Shown here piece by piece: positions 57,272 to 64,000 of a DNA stretch of 64,000 bases (within the stretch, counting starts at the first letter, position 1; each line of letters opens with the position of its first letter). This DNA is from Candidatus Latescibacterota bacterium (lineage in GTDB: Bacteria; Latescibacterota; UBA2968; UBA8231). The stretch covers positions 224,001 through 288,000 of the forward strand of contig CBDCDC010000001.1 in the NCBI GenBank assembly GCA_965215195.1. The letters are read 5' to 3'. A program made the position numbers and the translations under genes. A model generated the notes under the pieces. The model was not told the origin of the DNA. It was given only the letters and a program-made list of their open reading frames with translations, and made no database searches.

Positions 57272-58543
57272 ATGAGTTCTACAGAAGTCCTTTTTGTGCG
57301 CGGTGGCCGCCCCCTCCAAGGTGAGGCCGAGGTTCAAGGGGCCAAAAACGCCGCTCTGCCCATGTTGGCCGCCTCGCTGTTGGCCACCGAAGGGCAAACC
57401 GTTTTGCACCGGGTCCCCCCGGTCAAAGACGTGTTGGTCGCCCTAGAGCTGCTGAGTCGGCTCGGCGCACGCGTCGATTACGACGCAGCCGAGGAAGTGG
57501 CCGTTATAGACACCCGAGATGTCAAAGAGACCCGGTTGCCCGCGGATTTGACCAAGCGCCTTCGCGCCTCGCTGCTTTTCGTCGGGCCGCTGTTGGCCCG
57601 CTTTGGCCGCGCTTGGATCCAAGAGGTCGGCGGCTGCACGATTGGCTCGCGGCCGACCGACTACCACTATCGCGGCTTTGCCCGGCTCGGGGCCGAGGTT
57701 CAAGGCATGGCCGGCGGCGGCATTGACGTGGTGGCCGAGCGGCTCTCTGGGGCCTTTATGTACTGCGATTTGCCCAGCCACACCGGGGTGGAAAACCTCG
57801 TCATGGCTTCCTGCCTAGCAGAGGGCGAGTCCGTGATTGAAAACGCGGCCTCCGACCCGGAGATCGTGGATTTCGCGGCGCTCCTGCAAAAGATGGGTGC
57901 CCAAGTCGAAGGGGCCGGTACGCGTCGGGTGCATATCAAGGGGGTCCATGAGTTGGTAGGTGCCGAGCACGCGATCATGTACGACCGCCTCGACGCCGGC
58001 CTCTTGATGATGGCGGGCGCGATTACCGGCGGCGACATCGCCCTCAAGGGCGTGGTGCGCGATCATCTGTACGTCTTTGAATCCAAGCTACAGCAGATGG
58101 GCGTCGAGATGACAGAGGAAGGGGCTTGGATGCGGGTGCGCGGGCCGGAAACCTTGTCGCCGATCAACGTAGTGACCACCTTTTACCCCGGCTTCCCAAC
58201 GGACCTGCAACCCGGGATGACCGCCTTAGCGTGCATGGCCAAAGGCGACAGCTACGTCCGCGAGACCGTATTCGAAGATCGCCTCGGCCACGTCAAGGCT
58301 TTGCGCTCCTTTGGCGCTCGCATCGCGCCGGAAAAGGACCGCCTAGTGTTGGTACACGGGCCGGCCCAGCTCAAAGGGGCCAAGGTCAAGGCCATGGACA
58401 TTCGCGCCGGCGCCGCCTGCGTGCTCGCCGGCCTAGCGGCCGAGGGCTACACCGAGATCAGCAACCTCTACCAGCTCGATCGCGGACACGCCCACATTGA
58501 GCGCCGCCTGCGGGCCTTGGGCGCCGACATCGAAAGGCACTGA
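57272..58543 (+). CDS. murA: UDP-N-acetylglucosamine 1-carboxyvinyltransferase
   Basis: GAKNAALP, LRAS, GGCTIGSRP, PGFPTDLQ, DIRAGA, LDRG. Confidence 0.95.
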   Translation: MSSTEVLFVRGGRPLQGEAEVQGAKNAALPMLAASLLATEGQTVLHRVPPVKDVLVALELLSRLGARVDYDAAEEVAVIDTRDVKETRLPADLTKRLRASLLFVGPLLARFGRAWIQEVGGCTIGSRPTDYHYRGFARLGAEVQGMAGGGIDVVAERLSGAFMYCDLPSHTGVENLVMASCLAEGESVIENAASDPEIVDFAALLQKMGAQVEGAGTRRVHIKGVHELVGAEHAIMYDRLDAGLLMMAGAITGGDIALKGVVRDHLYVFESKLQQMGVEMTEEGAWMRVRGPETLSPINVVTTFYPGFPTDLQPGMTALACMAKGDSYVRETVFEDRLGHVKALRSFGARIAPEKDRLVLVHGPAQLKGAKVKAMDIRAGAACVLAGLAAEGYTEISNLYQLDRGHAHIERRLRALGADIERH

Positions 58544-58561
58544 GGCGCGTTGCACACTCAA

Positions 58562-58614
58562 GGCAATTAAAAGCGGTCGGGAGCTTGGGGAGCTCTCGAC
58601 CGCTTTTAATTGCC
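58562..58614. terminator. Long (24-bp stem) palindrome, terminator or REP-like
   Basis: GGCAATTAAAAGCGGTCGGGAGCT-TGGGG-AGCTCTCGACCGCTTTTAATTGCC. Confidence 0.6.
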
Positions 58615-58636
58615 GATCACGCTATAGGAGACCACC

Positions 58637-60472
58637 ATGCTCGCGCCCTACCCCCGCATTCCCTACGGCGAGGCGGACTTCAAGCGCATCCGCGTGAATC
58701 GCTGGCTGTACGTGGACAAGACCCGCTTCCTGCGGCCGTTGGAGGATGAACGCTACGTCGTCCTGCTCCGCCCCCGGCGCTTCGGCAAGACCTGCTGGGT
58801 GTCGCTACTGGAAAACTATTACGACCGCACCCGCGCCGACGCCTTTGAGGCGGTCTTCAGCGGCACCGACATCGGCCGCCGCCCCACCGCAGACCGCCAC
58901 CGCTACGTCATCCTGCGCTTCAACTTTTCCGCGTTTGACGATGCCCTCGAAACCTTGCGGGAGCGCTTCGAGGGCTATTGCGAAGATGAGCTCTACCTCG
59001 CGCTGGAGCGGAATCGCGACTTGTTTCCCGAAGCGGCGAAGCAACGCATCCTCGCGCCGCCCTCCATCGACGGCAAGCTCAACAGGCTGTTCCAATACGC
59101 CGGCGACTGCGGCATCTTGCTCTACGTGCTGGTGGACGAGTACGACAACTTCGCCAACACGGTGCTGGCGCATCACGGCGAGGAGGCGTACCAGTCGTTC
59201 ACGCACGGCGGCGGCTTCTACCGCAGCTTCTTCGCCACGCTCAAGGCCGGCACCGAGCGCAGCGATGGCGGCTTGGAGCGCCTGTTCATCACCGGCGTGT
59301 CGCCCGTAACCCTCGACGATGTCACCAGCGGCTTCAACATCGGCAGCAACGTCAGCTTGGAGCCGGAGTTCAACGAGATGGTCGGCTTCACCGAGGACGA
59401 GGTGCGCGGCCTGCTGGAGACGTATCGGGAGCACGGCGTGTTCGACCAAGACGTGGACGCGGCTTTGGGGGTGATGGGGGAGTGGTACAACGGCTACCGG
59501 TTCGCTCGGGAGGCCACGGGCGACCTCTACAACACGGACATGGTCCTCTATTACATAAAGAAGTCCATTTCGCTGGGGCACATGCCGGATCAGTTGATCG
59601 ACCACAACGTCCGCATCGACTACAGCAAGCTGCGCCATTTGCTGGTGGCCGGCCAAGAAACGGCCGCTCGTGAACGAGCCGCCTCGGCGGCCCTCCCAAG
59701 CAGCCAACGCGCCGCGCCGCAAGCGGTGCGCCCAAACGGCAACTTCGACCTGCTGCGCGCCGTCATCGGCGAGGGACAGGCGCTCGCCATGATCGAACCA
59801 AGCTTCCCCTTAGAGCGGCTGACCGTGCGGGACAACTTCCTTTCCCTGCTGTACTACTTCGGCCTGCTCAGCATCCGCGGCGTTTCCGAGGGCTTGCCCC
59901 GCCTCGGCGTTCCCAACCAAACCGTCTGGCGGCTGATGTACGGCTACCTGAACGACGCCTACCGAGACCTGGGCGTGTTCTCCGTTGGAAAGTACGAGTT
60001 CTCCCGCTTGGCGCACGAAATGGCCTACCGGGGGGCTTGGCGTCCGGCCTTCGAGTTCCTGCGCGACGCCCTTGTCGAGCAGACCGGCATCCGCGACTAC
60101 ATCGACGGCGAGAAGGTGGTGCAGACCTTTCTCGCCACCTACTTTGGCTTGCCGGACTACTTCCAGCCTCGTTCCGAACCCGAACTGAACATGGGCTACG
60201 CCGATCTCTACTTGGCCCCGAACTTGGCTCAGCACCCCGGCATGGCCTACGCCTATGTGATCGAACTGAAGTACATCAAGCGCAGCGAGTCCCTGAGCGA
60301 GTCCCTGATGGCCGACACCACGCGGGCGGCCCAGGAGCAACTGCGGCACTACTTGGCGGACGGGAGCCTGCGCCGCCGGCATCCGTCGGTGCAGCACGTC
60401 GGCGTGGCCGTGGTGTTCCACGGTTGGGAGATGGTGGCCTGCGAGGCGGCCGAGGGCGACCTTGGGGATTGA
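58637..60472 (+). CDS. AAA-ATPase-like protein with C-terminal PD-(D/E)XK nuclease domain
   Basis: IPYG..F, YVDKT, RPRRFGKT, VDEYD, FITGV, SGFNI, WYNGY, GYADL..VIELKY. Confidence 0.9.
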   Translation: MLAPYPRIPYGEADFKRIRVNRWLYVDKTRFLRPLEDERYVVLLRPRRFGKTCWVSLLENYYDRTRADAFEAVFSGTDIGRRPTADRHRYVILRFNFSAFDDALETLRERFEGYCEDELYLALERNRDLFPEAAKQRILAPPSIDGKLNRLFQYAGDCGILLYVLVDEYDNFANTVLAHHGEEAYQSFTHGGGFYRSFFATLKAGTERSDGGLERLFITGVSPVTLDDVTSGFNIGSNVSLEPEFNEMVGFTEDEVRGLLETYREHGVFDQDVDAALGVMGEWYNGYRFAREATGDLYNTDMVLYYIKKSISLGHMPDQLIDHNVRIDYSKLRHLLVAGQETAARERAASAALPSSQRAAPQAVRPNGNFDLLRAVIGEGQALAMIEPSFPLERLTVRDNFLSLLYYFGLLSIRGVSEGLPRLGVPNQTVWRLMYGYLNDAYRDLGVFSVGKYEFSRLAHEMAYRGAWRPAFEFLRDALVEQTGIRDYIDGEKVVQTFLATYFGLPDYFQPRSEPELNMGYADLYLAPNLAQHPGMAYAYVIELKYIKRSESLSESLMADTTRAAQEQLRHYLADGSLRRRHPSVQHVGVAVVFHGWEMVACEAAEGDLGD

Positions 60473-60492
60473 AACATGGAGCGGGTGATAAA

Positions 60493-60676
60493 TAGGACTT
60501 ACGCATGATTTTTTACAAAGCGTACCTCCCCGTCCCCAGACCAGCTTGGAGGGGTCTATGAGCCATCCGACGCGCTTGGCTTACCCTTGACCCATTTCGC
60601 CGCTCATAGCGCACGGTTCCCGCATGATCCGATTAACCGCTATCGATCCGGTGATCGCATTCCGCCTCGCTTGGTC
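60493..60676 (+). mobile_element. Degenerate IS701-family left-end remnant
   Basis: TAGGACTTACGCA terminal motif, RBS plus MSHPTRLAY, then frameshifted LTHFAAHSARFPHDPINRYRSGDRIPPRLV, resembling the IS701-type N-terminus (TRLDY...FSHDAINRYL..PRLVW). Confidence 0.6.
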
Positions 60677-60788
60677 AGGTGGACTGTAGCTATCTCACTT
60701 TAGCAAGACAAGCTCGGCTCGCGCCCCGCGCACAGACGCCGCCTTGGGCTTGCTTGTAGTTCCCCCAAATTGACCTATCTTCTCAAGG

Positions 60789-62987
60789 ATGTTCAACTCT
60801 GAGCGAGAAGCAACGCTTGAGCCGCAGACCATAGAGGCCCTTGTGCGCGGCGAATGCGCCGATGTGTTCGCGGTCTTGGGCATGCACCCTTTAGACGAGG
60901 GGTGGGTGGTGCGCGCGTTCTTGCCCGATGCGGCGAGTGTGCGGGTCGTGGAGCGGGGGGGGCAAAACGCGAGCTTTCCGGCCGCCAAAATCCATGCCGA
61001 GGGGCTGTTTGAGGCGCGGGTCGCCGGCCGCAGCAAGCCCTTTGCCTACCATCTAGCGGTGGCAGACGCGCAGGGCGCGGTTCGCTACTGCCGCGACCCG
61101 TACTCGTTCTGGCCGCAGTGCGCGCCCCAAGACCAATACCTCTTCAACGAAGGAACGCACTACCGCGCCTACGAGGTGCTAGGGGCGCATCCGCGCTGCA
61201 TCGACGGGGCGGCGGGCACGTATTTCGCGGTGTGGGCACCAAGTGCCCGCCGGGTCAGCGTGGTCGGCGATTTCAACGGCTGGGACGGTCGGCGGCACTG
61301 CATGCGCCCGCCGGGCGCGGCCGGAATCTGGGAACTGTTCGTCCCCGAGGTGGGCGCGGGCGCGCTCTACAAGTACGAAATCCTCAGCCGCGACGGCCCC
61401 GTGCTGCTCAAGAGCGATCCCTTTGCCTTTGCGGCCGAGCAGCCGCCCCGCACCGCTTCCGCGGTCTGCCGAGCGGATGCGTTCGCCTGGGGCGACAGCG
61501 CGTGGATGGCCGAGCGACGGAAGCGCAACTGGCAGGAAGCTCCCCTCGCCATATACGAGGTGCATCTCGGGTCTTGGCGACGCGACGGCAATGCCTATCT
61601 CGACTATCGCGCGCTGGCTCACCAATTGGTCGCCCACGTGGCCGAACTGGGCTTTACCCACATCGAGCTGATGCCGGTGGCCGAGCATCCCTTTGACGGC
61701 TCGTGGGGCTATCAAGGAACTGGGTACTTCGCTCCGAGTGCGCGCTTTGGCACCCCCGAGGACTTTGCTTATTTCATCGACTATTGCCACCGCCACGCAA
61801 TCGGCGTGATCCTCGACTGGGTGCCCGGGCACTTCCCCGACGATGCCCACGGCTTGGCCCAGTTCGACGGCACCAGCCTCTACGAGCACTGCGATCCGCG
61901 CCAAGGGCGGCATCCCGATTGGCAGACTTGTATATTCAACTACGGCCGCGCCGAAGTCCGCTCCTTTCTCATTTCCAACGCCCTTTTTTGGCTCGAGCGC
62001 TTTCACCTCGACGGCCTGCGGGTTGATGCGGTGGCTTCCATGCTCTACCGCGACTACTCGCGCTTAGAAGGGGAATGGGTGCCCAACGCCTATGGCGGGC
62101 GCGAAAACCTCGAAGCCATTGACTTCCTCAAACAGCTCAACACAGCCATCGGCGAGCACTGCCCGGGGGCCTTGATGATCGCCGAGGAATCAACCGCTTG
62201 GCCGGAAGTTTCCCGACCGGCCGACGCCGGAGGCCTCGGCTTTGGCTTCAAGTGGAACATGGGCTGGATGAACGACGTGCTCGGCTACATGCAGCGCGAT
62301 CCGATCCACCGCCGCCACCACCAAGCCGACCTGACCTTTGGCATGCTCTACGCCTATTGCGAAAACTTCGTGTTGCCCCTGTCGCACGACGAGGTTGTAC
62401 ACGGCAAGCGCTCGCTCTTGAACAAGATGCCCGGGGACGCTTGGCAGCAACTGGCCAACTTGCGCTTGCTCTACGGCTTTATGTACGGGCACCCGGGCAA
62501 GAAGCTGCTGTTTATGGGAGCCGAGCTGGCCCAGTGGGAAGAGTGGGATCACCAAGGCGAGCTGCCCTGGCACCTGCTCGACGACGAGCCCCACCGCGGC
62601 GTCTATCGCTGGCTCTGCGATCTCAACCGGCTCTATCGCCAGTGCGCGGCCCTGCACCGCACCGACGCCCACCCCGACGGTTTTGAGTGGATCGACTGCT
62701 CGGACTCTGCACAGAGCATCGCGGCTTTTGCGCGCCGCGCCGAGGGCGAAAAACCCCTGATCTTCGCCTGCAATTTTACCCCAGTCCCCCGTGCGGACTA
62801 CCGGCTCGGGCTGCCGGTCGCCGGGCCGTACCGCGAGGTGCTCAACAGCGACGCCGAAGTCTATGGCGGCAGCGGCGTGGGCCACGGCGGCTGGGTGCAA
62901 ACCGAGGAAGTCGCCTGCCACGGCCGGCCGCATTCGGCGCGGTTGCACCTGCCGCCGCTAGGCGCGTTGGTTCTAGAGCCTCAGTAG
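60789..62987 (+). CDS. glgB: 1,4-alpha-glucan branching enzyme
   Basis: FAVWAP, YEVHLGSW, SWGYQ, DWVPGHF, LRVDAVASMLY, AEEST, LSHDEVVHGK. Confidence 0.96.
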   Translation: MFNSEREATLEPQTIEALVRGECADVFAVLGMHPLDEGWVVRAFLPDAASVRVVERGGQNASFPAAKIHAEGLFEARVAGRSKPFAYHLAVADAQGAVRYCRDPYSFWPQCAPQDQYLFNEGTHYRAYEVLGAHPRCIDGAAGTYFAVWAPSARRVSVVGDFNGWDGRRHCMRPPGAAGIWELFVPEVGAGALYKYEILSRDGPVLLKSDPFAFAAEQPPRTASAVCRADAFAWGDSAWMAERRKRNWQEAPLAIYEVHLGSWRRDGNAYLDYRALAHQLVAHVAELGFTHIELMPVAEHPFDGSWGYQGTGYFAPSARFGTPEDFAYFIDYCHRHAIGVILDWVPGHFPDDAHGLAQFDGTSLYEHCDPRQGRHPDWQTCIFNYGRAEVRSFLISNALFWLERFHLDGLRVDAVASMLYRDYSRLEGEWVPNAYGGRENLEAIDFLKQLNTAIGEHCPGALMIAEESTAWPEVSRPADAGGLGFGFKWNMGWMNDVLGYMQRDPIHRRHHQADLTFGMLYAYCENFVLPLSHDEVVHGKRSLLNKMPGDAWQQLANLRLLYGFMYGHPGKKLLFMGAELAQWEEWDHQGELPWHLLDDEPHRGVYRWLCDLNRLYRQCAALHRTDAHPDGFEWIDCSDSAQSIAAFARRAEGEKPLIFACNFTPVPRADYRLGLPVAGPYREVLNSDAEVYGGSGVGHGGWVQTEEVACHGRPHSARLHLPPLGALVLEPQ

Positions 62988-63074
62988 AGCGATGCTAATT
63001 TGCCATGCTTGAAAAACGCGCCCAATGTCGGAGTTCAGCCGAGCTATTGGCCAGATCCACTCCAAGTGCTTGCG

Positions 63075-63905
63075 ATGATTTCACACCGTGAACTGCGGCG
63101 GCTCGGCCAACAGCGCCTCGCCCTGATCGGCGGCGCGGTCTTGGCCGGGGCGTTTATCGTCGCGCTGCTAGCGCCGCTGCTGGCGCCATACGATCCCCTC
63201 GCGCAAAACCTCTACGCACGCTTGCAGCCGCCGTCGGCGAGCCATTGGCTGGGGACGGACGACTTTGGCCGCGACATCTTCAGCCGCATCGCGTACGGCA
63301 CCCGCATCTCGCTGCGGATCGGGCTGGTCGCCATCGCGCTGGCCGCTTCCACCGGCACCTTGCTCGGCCTCGTGGCCGGGTATCGCGGCGGGATCGCCGA
63401 CATGCTCATCATGCGGCTGATGGACCTGATGCTGGCCTTCCCCAGCATCCTATTGGCCATTGCCATCGTCGCCGTCATCGGCCCGGGCATCGACAATGCC
63501 ATTCTCGCCGTCAGCATCGTGTTGGTGCCGCAATTTGCCCGCCTCATGCGCTCCTCGGTGTTGACCGTGCGCGAGGCCGCGTACGTCGAGGCCACACGCG
63601 CACTGGGGGCGAGCGAATCGCGGCTGCTGTTCCACAGCATTTTGCCCAACTGCACGGTCCCGCTCATCGTGCAAGCCACGCTCAGCTTGGGCACGGCCAT
63701 TCTCGACGCGGCCGGATTGAGCTTTTTGGGCTTGGGGGCCCAGCCGCCGGCCCCAGAGTGGGGGGCCATGCTATCCGGGGGGCGCGAGTTGCTCTTACAA
63801 GCGCCTTGGGTCATGGCCTTTCCCGGGCTGGCCATCTTCGCGGTGGTCCTCGCGCTCAACCTCTTTGGCGACGGGCTTAGAGACGCCTTGGATCCAAAAA
63901 TTTAG
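63075..63905 (+). CDS. dppC: Dipeptide/oligopeptide ABC permease (DppC/OppC)
   Basis: HWLGTDDFGRD, YVEATRALGAS, LSFLGLG..PP.PEWG, NLFGDGLRDALDP. Confidence 0.92.
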   Translation: MISHRELRRLGQQRLALIGGAVLAGAFIVALLAPLLAPYDPLAQNLYARLQPPSASHWLGTDDFGRDIFSRIAYGTRISLRIGLVAIALAASTGTLLGLVAGYRGGIADMLIMRLMDLMLAFPSILLAIAIVAVIGPGIDNAILAVSIVLVPQFARLMRSSVLTVREAAYVEATRALGASESRLLFHSILPNCTVPLIVQATLSLGTAILDAAGLSFLGLGAQPPAPEWGAMLSGGRELLLQAPWVMAFPGLAIFAVVLALNLFGDGLRDALDPKI

Positions 63906-63929
63906 ACTTGCCACCAACGGAGACCGCAG

Positions 63930-64000
63930 ATGAGCCCAATTCCTGCACAATCTACTGCCCCGGCGCACATTGAATACCTGACGGTGCAGAATTTCCGCAC
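63930..64000 (+). CDS. N-terminus of probable ABC/AAA ATPase (truncated by window edge)
   Basis: MSPIPAQSTAPAHIEYLTVQNFR matches the IxxLxVxNFR start of SMC/RecF/OLD-like ATPases. Confidence 0.55.
   Translation, partial: MSPIPAQSTAPAHIEYLTVQNFR

Noticed and set aside
60540-60625. Group II intron domain V-like sequence (GAGCC...CACGGTTC)
   Set aside because: The spacing does not fit domain V, and the IS701 remnant explains the region better.

Overview
GC-rich bacterial chromosomal window. A SprA translocon gene, a C-terminal 'SWGQIK' motif, PhyH and AAA/PD-(D/E)XK genes suggest an FCB-related lineage such as Latescibacterota; this is inference only. Positions 1-9.9 kb are the right end of a defence island: SNF2-type helicase (partial), Eco57I/type IIG-like adenine methyltransferase with a low-GC swapped specificity region, HNH nuclease, short DprA/SLOG protein, 27-codon HsdS-like remnant, and an OLD nuclease + UvrD helicase pair (Gabija-like). 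The island abuts a rearranged peptide-ABC operon containing a duplicated oppD fragment and a DUF4258/DUF2283 toxin-antitoxin pair. The rest is mostly core genome: phyH, fbaB, tRNA-Asp, def, larE, an ATP-grasp protein, a LysM amidase, selA, lptFG, an sprA-comEA-pilM-like-coaD-dprA cluster, feoAB, anmK, a PreP protease, an ECF sigma/anti-sigma pair, an FGE-domain protein, an intact IS982-like element next to tRNA-Phe, murA, glgB and a dppC-type permease. The 26.9-29.2 kb stretch (lptF, 5' sprA) is dense in indels and may be an assembly error. The best candidates for undescribed biology are (1) a non-Bacteroidota T9SS-like system, with SprA linked to competence genes and a short WGxIK C-terminal sorting tag, and (2) the composite RM/SLOG/OLD-UvrD defence locus. 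No CRISPR array or rRNA was seen. All calls come from motif recognition by eye; no searches were run.
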